Assembly: GCA_045542035.1 (NCBI GenBank)
Contig: JAZQKG010000026.1
Location: 2,363 to 66,362 of the forward strand
Source: Eubacteriales bacterium
GTDB lineage: Bacteria > Bacillota > Clostridia > Oscillospirales > CAG-272
Direction: 5' to 3'
Length of the DNA: 64,000 bases
Numbering within the stretch: the first letter of the stretch is position 1; each line of letters starts with the position of its first letter. The position numbers and the translations under genes are program-made. Positions 19,287-28,791 of the stretch are shown one piece after another. Below the pieces are notes generated by a model. The model ran no database searches. It saw only the letters and a program-made list of their open reading frames with translations, and was not told where the DNA came from.

Positions 19287-19315
19287 ATTATACACCCATA
19301 GATTAAATTTGTCAA
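19287..19315 (-). promoter_or_regulatory. Consensus sigma-A promoter of the patatin operon
   Basis: On the minus strand: TTGACA (19315-19310), exact 17-nt spacer, TATAAT (19292-19287). Confidence 0.65.
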
Positions 19316-19348
19316 CCCATAGATGATTATAAATTTCACCCATAAGAT
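19294..19348. repeat. Three direct repeats ACCCATA(A)GAT, candidate operator
   Basis: ACCCATAGAT at 19294-19303 and 19315-19324; ACCCATAAGAT at 19338-19348. Spacings are 21 and 23 nt. Repeat 1 fills the promoter spacer and repeat 2 abuts and overlaps the -35 by 1 nt. Confidence 0.5.
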
Positions 19349-19385
19349 ATATAATTATAACAATAGATTGTTTGTGAGGTAAAAT

Positions 19386-19700
19386 ATGGGAGACGAGAAA
19401 TTGCTTAAAGAGATTGGCGCACGTATAAACGCTAGAAGAAAAGAATTGTCTATAACGCAAGAACGATTGGCTGAGTTGATGGACGTTTCTATTCAAATGA
19501 TATCTAATCTCGAACTTGGCAAAAAGGCTATAAGACCCGAAAATCTCGTTAAATTATGCACATCACTTAATGTAAGCGCTGACTATATTTTGCGAGGGAT
19601 TCGTGCTGATTGGGAAATTGGCGGATTCTTTGAAAAATATAAGAGATTACCAACAGAAAAACAAGAATTACTTGATAAAATAATAGACAGTTGGGATTGA
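19386..19700 (+). CDS. XRE-family helix-turn-helix transcriptional regulator
   Basis: Typical HTH_3 segment: IGARINARRKELSITQERLAELMDVSIQMISNLELGKK. Confidence 0.85.
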   Translation: MGDEKLLKEIGARINARRKELSITQERLAELMDVSIQMISNLELGKKAIRPENLVKLCTSLNVSADYILRGIRADWEIGGFFEKYKRLPTEKQELLDKIIDSWD

Positions 19701-19750
19701 TATTTTACCTTGCTACTTAAAAGTTAAGTGGTATTTGCTTCAAAAATAAA

Positions 19751-19787
19751 AGAGGGCAGCTCAGTTTTTGAACTTGAGCTACCCTCT
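19751..19787. terminator. Bidirectional hairpin at the right edge of the island
   Basis: AGAGGGCAGCTCA / TGAGCTACCCTCT stem, flanked by an A-run upstream and T-rich sequence downstream. Confidence 0.7.
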
Positions 19788-19798
19788 TGTCTTAATAT

Positions 19799-21370
19799 CT
19801 ATTTTCTTTTAACGTTTGCGAATGAAATTATATCGTCGAGCGCGTAATCGTAATAGACGATTTCCTCGAAATACTCCTCACCGTAGTAATCGAGCATTTC
19901 TTTCTTTATTTCAAGAAGGCGCTTTTGGCGTTCCTCTTCTGTTTTAATAGCGTCAAGCTCGGATTTATATATTTCATCAGCATAATAGCCGAGGTATTCT
20001 TCTACCACTCCGTTACAAAGCCTTTCAAATTCATCAGAGGGCGGAACGAGATTTTCTTCTCTTATAATATAGTAGAACATCATCTTCTCTACTATTACCT
20101 TCTCAGCCTTGGCGGTTATATGGTCAATCCAGCTTTCGCCTGCGGAAAGTCCGTAATAATCCTTAGCGAATTTATCAACCGAGTCGTATGCAGATGAATA
20201 ATAAGCTTCGTAGGTTGCAACGGTCTCGTTGTAATACTCCTTATAAATCTCATTTACGTCGGTCTCGGGAAGCTTCTTAACCTTCACTTTCGTGTGGTAA
20301 TATTCCCACATTGCCTCCTCGATAAGAGCGCTCTTCACCTCTTCGTTTTCTGCAAGCGCAAGGCTTCTCAGGTATTCCCTATGCTTCTCAACAAGAGTCT
20401 CTCCGCCATATGAGGAAAGTTCCTCGGCTGTCACCTTAAGGGTATCCGTGATAAATTTTTCGTTATATTCGGGTGTGTTATAAACGTTGATATATTTAAT
20501 ATAAACGTCAAACTTAACGTCAAGTCCGCGAAGAGATTTTTCCTTGTAATCCGAGGGAAAATGCGCGTCTATCGTCAGAATATTCCGTGACGCTCTTTGC
20601 GCGTGAGTGACCGTCATATCAAAATAAACCGCTGAGCCGCTTCCATAAGGGAAGGTTACCGACTCTGATATTTTTTTCCCGATTTCCTTTGGCGAGCCGG
20701 TCTTTCCGCCGGGATTCTTTACTCCCTCAAAATAATCCTTAAATCCCGTGCCGTAGAGTGCGTCAATTCCGTTTTCCGAAAGGTCGATTCGCTCAGAGAC
20801 CTTCTGCACGGTTTTTCCGTCGGGGAGCATAGCAGAATAAGTCAGGTAGATTACGTCACCCGCCTGGACTGTTCCCGAGTTTTCAAGCTCAAGCCTTGCA
20901 AAGTCCTTGGGATTTACGCCTATAAGGGATTCTTCAAAGCCGGGTATAAAGGACAGCGAGCCTATTTCAAGAGTCGATATATTCCCGAAAATATTTGACG
21001 CTCCCGCAACCTCAGACTGTCTTCCGTTTTCATCTACCGTGTATCCTCTGTAATAGAGATGAACCTTATCTCCCACGGATATGGGAAGATTCGTTACGTT
21101 TCCGCCGTTATACTGAGGCTCTTTATCCCTGTTTTGATAAAGCAGAGCCATTATTTTGCGCTCAACGTCCTTATCGGTTACCTCGTCAAATGAAAGGGTA
21201 AGCTCGTAATTTTTATAATCGTCTTCCGAAATTTTAATATACTTTGAAAGGTCGTCTTTCATATAATCGAAGTCGCGCTGCATAATTATAACGGCAACGA
21301 GTCCGAAAACCGCTGCCAGAACAAGAACGGCTGCTACGGCTGATATTATAACTATATTTCTTTTTTTCAT
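19799..21370 (-). CDS. Membrane-anchored trigger-factor-like protein with FKBP-type PPIase domain
   Basis: N-terminal TM helix. FKBP/trigger-factor PPIase block GDKVHLYYRGY...LEIGSLSFIPGFEESLIG. Long helical, acidic C-terminal region. Confidence 0.6.
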   Translation of the reverse strand: MKKRNIVIISAVAAVLVLAAVFGLVAVIIMQRDFDYMKDDLSKYIKISEDDYKNYELTLSFDEVTDKDVERKIMALLYQNRDKEPQYNGGNVTNLPISVGDKVHLYYRGYTVDENGRQSEVAGASNIFGNISTLEIGSLSFIPGFEESLIGVNPKDFARLELENSGTVQAGDVIYLTYSAMLPDGKTVQKVSERIDLSENGIDALYGTGFKDYFEGVKNPGGKTGSPKEIGKKISESVTFPYGSGSAVYFDMTVTHAQRASRNILTIDAHFPSDYKEKSLRGLDVKFDVYIKYINVYNTPEYNEKFITDTLKVTAEELSSYGGETLVEKHREYLRSLALAENEEVKSALIEEAMWEYYHTKVKVKKLPETDVNEIYKEYYNETVATYEAYYSSAYDSVDKFAKDYYGLSAGESWIDHITAKAEKVIVEKMMFYYIIREENLVPPSDEFERLCNGVVEEYLGYYADEIYKSELDAIKTEEERQKRLLEIKKEMLDYYGEEYFEEIVYYDYALDDIISFANVKRK

Positions 21371-21376
21371 AAAACC

Positions 21377-21814
21377 CTACTCTCCAAAAGAATCGGCGTA
21401 ATCTGTCGCCAGCTTATCGCACCGCTCGTTATAATCGTGTCCGTTATGACCCTTTACCCAAACGAAGTCGACCTCGTGCTGCTTTGTAAGTCCGAAAAGG
21501 CGCTCCCAAAGGTCGGGATTTTTAAGCTCTTCCTTTCCTCTTTTCCAGCCCGCTTTATGCCACGAGAACACCCAGCCCTCGTTGAAAGCGTCGACGAGAT
21601 ACTTTGAGTCGGAATAAAGCGTCACCCGACACGGCTCGCGAAGCGCCTCAAGGCCCGCTATTGCCGCCATAAGCTCCATTCTGTTATTCGTGGTCAGCGG
21701 CTCACCGCCCGAAATTTCCTTCTCGTATTTACCGTAAACGAGAATAGCTCCGTATCCGCCCCTGCCGGGATTTCCGCGGCACGCGCCGTCTGTATATAAA
21801 GAAACTTCCTTCAT
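21377..21814 (-). CDS. rnhA: Ribonuclease HI
   Basis: [25 protein letters not shown] and [17 protein letters not shown] motifs. Confidence 0.9.
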   Translation of the reverse strand: MKEVSLYTDGACRGNPGRGGYGAILVYGKYEKEISGGEPLTTNNRMELMAAIAGLEALREPCRVTLYSDSKYLVDAFNEGWVFSWHKAGWKRGKEELKNPDLWERLFGLTKQHEVDFVWVKGHNGHDYNERCDKLATDYADSFGE

Positions 21815-21852
21815 TTCATTTCCTTTATTTTTAGATTAAAAACGTTTTATAA

Positions 21853-21884
21853 AGAAATCCGACAGAGCTTACTGCCGGATTTCT
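21853..21884 (-). terminator. Hairpin downstream of the 684-aa lipoprotein gene
   Basis: AGAAATCCG / CGGATTTCT stem, 21 nt after the stop. Confidence 0.5.
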
Positions 21885-21905
21885 TGATTATTTCAAAGTG
21901 TCAAA

Positions 21906-23960
21906 TTATTCCGCTTTTGCCTCAGATGCGGGATCGCCGAATTCGTAAGCGCCAATCTTCTTGTATTCGAAGGTTACTACCTCGTATCCGTTTGCGTCAG
22001 CATCCGCGGTCTTCTCATCATACTCGAGGAAGTAGTTCATAAGCTTATCAAACTGGTATGCGTAAAGCACGCTGTTTTCACCGTATGAATACTCGTTGTA
22101 TGAATAGTTGTTATCGGGGTTCTTCTTGTATTCCTTAAATTCCTTATCGGTTGCAACTACGCCGTAATCCTTTGCGGCAACGTAGATCTGAACAACAGGC
22201 TTAACGTACTCTGCTGCCTTTTCCTTGATAGCCGCGATAGCCTCGTCATATGTCTTAACAGACTTAATGTCGGATGTTACAGCTGCAACGAGGAACTTCT
22301 TGAATGAGCCCTTATACTGCTTGTAGTTAGAAATCTTTTTGCTTGAGTCGTAATCTTCCTTATAGAATTCATACTCGTAGTTTTCCATCATCTGCTCGTA
22401 TGTCATCTTAACAGCTTCATCGGGAGTACCGCTTACTGCGATATTCTTTGTAAGGAAGAAGTAAATCTCAGCAGCGAGATTCATCTTTATCTCGTTGTTA
22501 TAATTCTTCTGAAGATAATTGTAAGTAGTTATCTTATAACCCTTAACGAGCTTGTCAGAGGTTGCAACACCGTCAACGGTGATTCCGAGAAGAGTCGCAA
22601 TCTTAGTGTCTTTATCGGCAACCTTGGTGTCACGGAGGGTCTTAGCATCGTCACGCGCCTTCGTTGCATTCGTGAGGTTTGTCTCAGCCTTTGTGAGAGA
22701 ATCCTTCTGAGCGTCGGTTACGGCGTCGCCTGCCTTATCTACGGCATCCTTAGCCTTGTCACGCGCGGTGGTAGCCTCGGTAACGTCCTTTTCCTTATTT
22801 GCGAGAGCGTCCTCAGCCTCTTTAACTTCCTTCTGAAGCTTTGCAATTGTCTCAACAAGAGCCGCAAGAGTTACGTCCTTTTCACCGTCCTTGGTGATAT
22901 AGGGCTTAACAAGCTCGTTGCGCTCTGCAATCTTTGCCTCGTCGTCCTTATTATCAGCGTCAAGACCTGCGTACTCTTCACCGAAGAGAAGCTGATAAAT
23001 TATATCCGCGTCAATCTCTTCACCGAGAATAGTGTCGACAAGATTTGTTGCGTTAAACTCGGGAACACTTATAAAGTGTGTGGGGTAGATATGATAGGTA
23101 AGCTCCTTACCCTTGAGGTTTCTCGACTTACCGGTCGTATCGGTAACATTCTTATCCTCATCGGCAAAGGTAACGTCGTTGAAGCTTGTAACCTCCTCGC
23201 CCTTAGCTACCCAGTTAATCTTGATTCCGGAATATGAAACCTCACCCTTACCTTCTTCGGTAATAGTGGTTTTATCAAGAGCCTTGTTTACTTCCTTGCC
23301 GCAAAGATATGAAGCAAGAGAGGCTGCCGTAGCGCCCTCAGCGGGAGCTGCAGCGATAACGATTCTGTCATTGGTACGGGTTCCGGACTCTTCCTTTTCA
23401 ACTCCGTCATCTCCGGTAACCTTATAGCTATAGGTATAGGTTACGTAAACCACAGCGCCCTCGGATGTCGTTCCGGTTGTATCGGATGAATATGCCTTAT
23501 CGGTGAAATCAAACGAAGCAAGCGCGGTTGCAACAGCGTCAGCAACCTTCTCAAGATCCGTCGCGCCAAGCTGAACGCTTACAGCGTTTGACTGGTTCAT
23601 ATTCGAAGCGTAAAGCACAGCCTCGGTTCCGTCAAAATCAGCAGTTACGTAATAGCAGTAGTAAACGAGATCGCGCACACCGGGCACACCTGTCGTTTTC
23701 TTGTCTGCTTTATCCGCAGAGTTTGCAAGTGCCGCGTAGATGTTATCAAGCACCTTGCTTTCTCTCTTCGCGGGGTCGGCGGTGAAGTCACCGTCTTCAA
23801 TAATAATCTTTTTAAGAGCTTCTTCAAACGCTGCCTTATTCTCAGCGGAGAATGTAGCGTATGCGGTAAGGTCGTCCTTCGCAAAGCTGTATCCGCAGCT
23901 GACAAGCGAAAGAGTAAGCATAGCGACTACAAGAATTAATCCTATAATTCTCTTTTTCAT
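21906..23960 (-). CDS. Large surface lipoprotein, function unknown (coiled-coil centre)
   Basis: Signal peptide plus lipobox LVSCGY. Central K/D/A/T-rich repeat-like helix (DALANKEKDVTEATTARDKAKDAVDKAGDAVTDAQKD...). No catalytic motif recognised. Confidence 0.6.
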   Translation of the reverse strand: MKKRIIGLILVVAMLTLSLVSCGYSFAKDDLTAYATFSAENKAAFEEALKKIIIEDGDFTADPAKRESKVLDNIYAALANSADKADKKTTGVPGVRDLVYYCYYVTADFDGTEAVLYASNMNQSNAVSVQLGATDLEKVADAVATALASFDFTDKAYSSDTTGTTSEGAVVYVTYTYSYKVTGDDGVEKEESGTRTNDRIVIAAAPAEGATAASLASYLCGKEVNKALDKTTITEEGKGEVSYSGIKINWVAKGEEVTSFNDVTFADEDKNVTDTTGKSRNLKGKELTYHIYPTHFISVPEFNATNLVDTILGEEIDADIIYQLLFGEEYAGLDADNKDDEAKIAERNELVKPYITKDGEKDVTLAALVETIAKLQKEVKEAEDALANKEKDVTEATTARDKAKDAVDKAGDAVTDAQKDSLTKAETNLTNATKARDDAKTLRDTKVADKDTKIATLLGITVDGVATSDKLVKGYKITTYNYLQKNYNNEIKMNLAAEIYFFLTKNIAVSGTPDEAVKMTYEQMMENYEYEFYKEDYDSSKKISNYKQYKGSFKKFLVAAVTSDIKSVKTYDEAIAAIKEKAAEYVKPVVQIYVAAKDYGVVATDKEFKEYKKNPDNNYSYNEYSYGENSVLYAYQFDKLMNYFLEYDEKTADADANGYEVVTFEYKKIGAYEFGDPASEAKAE

Positions 23961-24161
23961 GTTTTTCTTTCCTCTATGTTAATTTATTTTTAAACATTTA
24001 TTCGGGTTTCCCCGTCTGACTTTTATCTTCCACATTGTGGTAAAATATAGTGAGCAAACACAATTATAACATATCAAAACGAAAAATGCAAATACTTTTT
24101 TCAATTTTTCATATATTTTTATAATTATTTTTGATTTTTTTCTGTTTTTCACTCAATTTGC

Positions 24162-27050
24162 TCATTTTTCATCGGGATATCCTACGTCGGGAGTAATTTT
24201 TTCCGCGTTAAGAAGTCCGACGAAATTCGTTACTATCTTTTTGAACGCGAACGTGGAGATATAAAAATCTGATACGGGAGTAGTCGCGGCGTTTCCGTTT
24301 GCATCCGCCTGATAAATGCTTACGAGTACGCGTCTGTCATCCGCTCTGTAAAACTCATATACATACGTATACGCTGAGGATTTTATATCAAGGGTCATAC
24401 GCATAACAAGATTCTCAGCCTTCATTGCATCGGCTCTTTCCGCCTCGGGCATAACGTCAACGTAGGTTGTGAGGTATATCATTCTTATGGCTTCTTTAAA
24501 ATAAGCCGTTCCAAGCGAGTCGGGATAAACCTCTTTAAGCTCGGGGTCATTCGGGTAATAGCTTTCATAAAGCTCGGTAAGGCTGACGCCCTCACTGTAT
24601 CCCTTATTTGCCATAAACTCGGTAAGCTTTGTCGGAGTTGCATCAGCGCTCGGCGTTACGAATGCGGTTATCTTATTAAAAGAAGACGTGTAGCCGTTTG
24701 CCGAGGTCTCGTAAGTTATCGTCTGATGTATAAGATCAAAGTCATAGCTTCCCTTAAGGTCGGACATGTAAAATTCCATTCCAACGTCTTCAATATCGTT
24801 GATATCCATTAGAATTATGTTTCTTCTCGCCCAGAAGGTTTCAAAATCATAATTAAGGAATATAAATTTATCTGCGGATATCTCAGTTACGATATTGTAA
24901 AGGTCTGAGGCAACGTATCTCTTATTCGTTACAGGGTCGACCTCGCTTATATAAAGCGTAAATCCAAGAGTATCATAGTAGGCGTAATCGTCAAGCTTAT
25001 CCGAAAGCTCCTCACCGCTTCCGTCGTCGGGGGTATAAGCGTAAATACCTCTCGGAAGCTCGAAATAAACGGTATGAGCGTAAAGCCCGTATCTATCCAT
25101 TACCGCCGGTGTAATACCTACTTCAACCACAGCATCACCGTAAAGTCCGTTCGCGCTTCCGGTCGTTGCGTCCTTTTCAATACCTCCAAGAACTTGCACA
25201 ACGCTCTCGCAGGCCGCGGAATTAAGTCCGTAAAGCCTGTGCTCGTCTTCCATAAGATTCTCGTAAAGGGATTCCCCGTAATAAGGATCTCTGTCCGAGC
25301 TGTTCTGAAATCTGAACGCAGATATAAGCTTACTTGTAATAAAATAATCTATTCTTGAAATTTTATAAGAGGTGAAATCGAGGAAATACTCGTAATATGC
25401 GGTTGAATCGTCAAAGGATATATTAAGATTTCTCGAGACGCTCTTACCGATAAGAGCCGCCTTAATCTCCGCGTTAAGTCCTTCTGTCGCCGCCGACATA
25501 TCCATCATAAAGGTTTCTTCGCTCTTTACTACACCGTCAATAACTAACTGATAACGGTATCCGACAATAGAATCAGCGGCAACCGTGTCAATTTTATTGC
25601 CTTTTCTGTCGCGTATTGAAATTATTTCGGTAATTACGTATTTACCGGTCGACTTAAACGCGTTATCCTTGGTATACTCAACTGTGAAGGATATATAATC
25701 GGATTCGGCAAGCTGTCCTATCGGCGCATTTCTTATCTTTTCTGCCGCATCGGATGGTATGCCCGCAGCCGAAATATCAATTACGGCATGCATGGGATGA
25801 GAAGCAACAGACTTTCCGTCAACCGTGCATGTATAGGTTACTTTAACGAGATTTCCACTGTTGCCGAGCGTCGCGCCTGCCGCCGTTACGTCCTGACCGT
25901 CTGTCACGAATGACTCGATAGCCGTTATAACGTAGTTATACAAAACGGAGGATTTTCCCTCAAACTCTATTAGATTTGAATTAAAAGTAAGCGTCGCTTC
26001 AATCTCGGGCGTGTGACTTCCTATCTGCTTTCCGAGCAATGAATTAACGAGCCGACGGTATATTTCGTTTTCCTTGTACTTTGAGAGGTCTATTTCAACA
26101 AGACCGTCTCCCTCTCTGTCATATCCGTCGCTCGAGGCATCCTCGGTTATACTCGGTTTAATTATATCGGTATAAACTATAACCTTTGATTCGTCAGGTA
26201 CTGTCTCACCGACAGTATCATGCTTTTCATTAATCCACTGATAATAACCTGTCGTAAGATAAGGACCGTATCCGCTATCCTCGGCAAGTCCGTCGGATAC
26301 GAGAGCCGCCTTCAAAAAGTTCGAATATGAAGAAAGCGCGTAATTATAATAGTTATTGATTGATGAGTATACGTAAGGTCTGTTATCTATTATGAAATAA
26401 AAGCCCGTGCCGAATATTCCGGCTTCGCCAATCTTCACGGTATGGTTTTTAAGGTTTCCCATGTCGTCGTAGTAGGTGAAATAAACCTTGCGCGCCTTAT
26501 CGTCTGTAAGACCGTACACCTTTAGCTGTGAGTTCCTCTCGTCAGCGTTCTCTGAGAGAGGGATTCTCTCTTCAAAATACGGCATCTGAAGAGCTATGCA
26601 AAGATAATCAAGCAAAGTATACTGCGAATATCCGTCGCTTGTATCTATTTTGAAAAGGTCGGAATATTCAAAGCCTAAATCCTCTTCGCAGATTTCAGGA
26701 TAATAAATAACCTGCTCTCCCTTTTCATCGGTATAATACATATTGAATTCGGAATTTTCTTCAAGTCTAATGAATCCGTATTCGCCTTTTTCGTCTTCTT
26801 TTTCATCTTTAATCGAAATATACTGTATTTGATTCTTATCGTTTACGACCGGGTATGCAAGAGCAAGTCCGTTCTGGCGCGCCTCGCCCTCGATTATCTC
26901 CGGCTGCTGTGTCACCTTCGTCTCCTCTTCCTTATCAGAGAGAATGGCGCTGACCGGTATACATACCGCGAGAAGCACGGCAAACACCGCGCATAATATG
27001 AGAGACAGCTTTTGTTTTTTTGTAAATTTCTTTTTTTCTATATGCTTCAA
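24162..27050 (-). CDS. Large membrane-anchored extracytoplasmic protein, DUF4340-like (last gene of the ABC/GldG operon)
   Basis: 962 aa with a single N-terminal TM helix. The position after the GldG-like genes and the LKVYGLTDD-type segment resemble DUF4340 proteins as I recall them. Confidence 0.5.
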   Translation of the reverse strand: MKHIEKKKFTKKQKLSLILCAVFAVLLAVCIPVSAILSDKEEETKVTQQPEIIEGEARQNGLALAYPVVNDKNQIQYISIKDEKEDEKGEYGFIRLEENSEFNMYYTDEKGEQVIYYPEICEEDLGFEYSDLFKIDTSDGYSQYTLLDYLCIALQMPYFEERIPLSENADERNSQLKVYGLTDDKARKVYFTYYDDMGNLKNHTVKIGEAGIFGTGFYFIIDNRPYVYSSINNYYNYALSSYSNFLKAALVSDGLAEDSGYGPYLTTGYYQWINEKHDTVGETVPDESKVIVYTDIIKPSITEDASSDGYDREGDGLVEIDLSKYKENEIYRRLVNSLLGKQIGSHTPEIEATLTFNSNLIEFEGKSSVLYNYVITAIESFVTDGQDVTAAGATLGNSGNLVKVTYTCTVDGKSVASHPMHAVIDISAAGIPSDAAEKIRNAPIGQLAESDYISFTVEYTKDNAFKSTGKYVITEIISIRDRKGNKIDTVAADSIVGYRYQLVIDGVVKSEETFMMDMSAATEGLNAEIKAALIGKSVSRNLNISFDDSTAYYEYFLDFTSYKISRIDYFITSKLISAFRFQNSSDRDPYYGESLYENLMEDEHRLYGLNSAACESVVQVLGGIEKDATTGSANGLYGDAVVEVGITPAVMDRYGLYAHTVYFELPRGIYAYTPDDGSGEELSDKLDDYAYYDTLGFTLYISEVDPVTNKRYVASDLYNIVTEISADKFIFLNYDFETFWARRNIILMDINDIEDVGMEFYMSDLKGSYDFDLIHQTITYETSANGYTSSFNKITAFVTPSADATPTKLTEFMANKGYSEGVSLTELYESYYPNDPELKEVYPDSLGTAYFKEAIRMIYLTTYVDVMPEAERADAMKAENLVMRMTLDIKSSAYTYVYEFYRADDRRVLVSIYQADANGNAATTPVSDFYISTFAFKKIVTNFVGLLNAEKITPDVGYPDEK

Positions 27051-27062
27051 AATCCGCCCTCC

Positions 27063-28784
27063 TTATAAGTATTTTCGTTTAGCGCACACGACTATTCCGA
27101 CAACCGCAATGGCAACAGGAATAGCAAAGGCTATTACAGTGTAGGTCGTAATCGCCGCGTTTGAAATGCCGTGATTTTCTTTTATTACAATACGTCCTTT
27201 ATTAGGATCGTTGTCTATGTGTTTGTTTGAAAGTACAGTGACGTCATCGGCGCTCATTGCCGTAGTTATAAGACGCTTTCCGCCGCCCGACGCAGAGTTA
27301 AGCGAAAGACCTCCAAGATCCATCGAAGCGTACTCGTCAACGCGTGAAATATTATCTATGACGGCAGACAAAATGTCATAGTTTGCGTAAGATGCCTCCG
27401 AAAGAAGATTGCTTGACAAAAAGTCTGGGCTGTTCACACAGAAAAGATATGAATATTCACTTTCGTTCGCATACGGGTCAATCTGTGTTCTTACCGTAAC
27501 GGCGGCAAGGTCGTACGTTCCGGGAAGACCGTCTACAATGGAAGTTATCTCACCCGTCGTAGCGTCCTTCATATATCTTTGAGCGGTAGGTGACGTTGTT
27601 AGAAAAGGAGCGTAATTCTTAGATGCGTAACTCGTTCCGGGTTCTCTTACCGCATTTGAATCCTTAAACGAGCAGTTAAGCGAGCCGGTATTTGAAAATA
27701 TTGTAAGAGGCGCGCTCGTAAGGTCTGCAAATTCACCGTACAGGGCGTATCCGTAGCTGTCCGGATTTTTATCATATGAAGCGATAATATTTGTCGCCGT
27801 ATTGTTTTCGTCTTCAAGAGAGGACTCTCTGTCAACGACTATAGAATCGCTGAACTCAAATCCCCATTCATACAAGAATCTCTCAAATACCGGCAGAGGC
27901 GTCTGATAATCCTTCGCTACCATAATAGCGCCCTGCTTCATAACGAGATATCTGTCAAGCTTTTCGGTGTCCGAAACGTAAGCGAACTCGTCAAGACGGG
28001 ATTCATCATAGGTGAAATCCGTTTTGGGATTGTTTATTATCAGAAGCGCGCAATCCTCGGGAACGCGTTCAACCTCGGAAAGTCTGAGCGTTCTTATCTC
28101 AAGTCCCCTGTCAGCAAGAAGGTCGGCAAAGGCTGCCATTGATATACTCATCTCGCTCTCGGGATTTTGCGGGTCATAATAAGTCTCATTATGGTCGGTA
28201 ACGAAATATGCTATGGGCTGGCTTATCGCGGTCACCGATTTTATAATAGAAGCGATGCGGTATTCACCGTTATAATGATATACGTCGCTCGTTCCGAGAA
28301 CCCAGAATTTCTGAGAGCTCGTTATGCGGTATCTGTCACCGTAGGAAACTATAACGTCGCTTGATCTAATCTTAGAAAGAGACGTCGTTTTATACTTTGC
28401 CACAGCGGTGGGATTCATTTTTACGTTTACCGTTTCAACGTCTACAATACCGGGATATTTATTTTGGAGCTTTAAAGCCATAAAATACGTAAGTCTTGAC
28501 TCGGTAGACGCAGTCAGATAGTCGGGATCTGTGCAAAATGTAATTTTAAGCTTTTGGTTTTCATTCTTTTCCTTAAGCTCACCGAACATTTCGTCGCACT
28601 CCTCAACCATTGCGTCGCTGAGCGTGTACAGTCCCTCGGGAGTCATATCAAGGAAAACAGTTTTTTGCTGTCCGAAATAAGTCAGAACGAGGTTGAGACC
28701 GAGAAGTATAACTATCGAGGCTAAAGTTATGACAGTAAACAGCTTTGTTCTTTTGCTTTTGCCTTTAAACAAATTACCTTTCAT
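27063..28784 (-). CDS. GldG-like ABC-transporter auxiliary protein (copy 2)
   Basis: N- and C-terminal TM anchors around a large extracytoplasmic domain. The N-terminal FLDMTPEGLYTLSD segment is typical of GldG-type proteins. Confidence 0.65.
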   Translation of the reverse strand: MKGNLFKGKSKRTKLFTVITLASIVILLGLNLVLTYFGQQKTVFLDMTPEGLYTLSDAMVEECDEMFGELKEKNENQKLKITFCTDPDYLTASTESRLTYFMALKLQNKYPGIVDVETVNVKMNPTAVAKYKTTSLSKIRSSDVIVSYGDRYRITSSQKFWVLGTSDVYHYNGEYRIASIIKSVTAISQPIAYFVTDHNETYYDPQNPESEMSISMAAFADLLADRGLEIRTLRLSEVERVPEDCALLIINNPKTDFTYDESRLDEFAYVSDTEKLDRYLVMKQGAIMVAKDYQTPLPVFERFLYEWGFEFSDSIVVDRESSLEDENNTATNIIASYDKNPDSYGYALYGEFADLTSAPLTIFSNTGSLNCSFKDSNAVREPGTSYASKNYAPFLTTSPTAQRYMKDATTGEITSIVDGLPGTYDLAAVTVRTQIDPYANESEYSYLFCVNSPDFLSSNLLSEASYANYDILSAVIDNISRVDEYASMDLGGLSLNSASGGGKRLITTAMSADDVTVLSNKHIDNDPNKGRIVIKENHGISNAAITTYTVIAFAIPVAIAVVGIVVCAKRKYL

Positions 28785-28791
28785 TTTTTCA

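Noticed and set aside
17356-19790. Mobile-element hallmarks around the low-GC island (integrase, transposase, inverted or direct terminal repeats, tRNA attachment site)
   Set aside because: None were found by eye. The island is reported as a compositional anomaly only, not as a defined mobile element.
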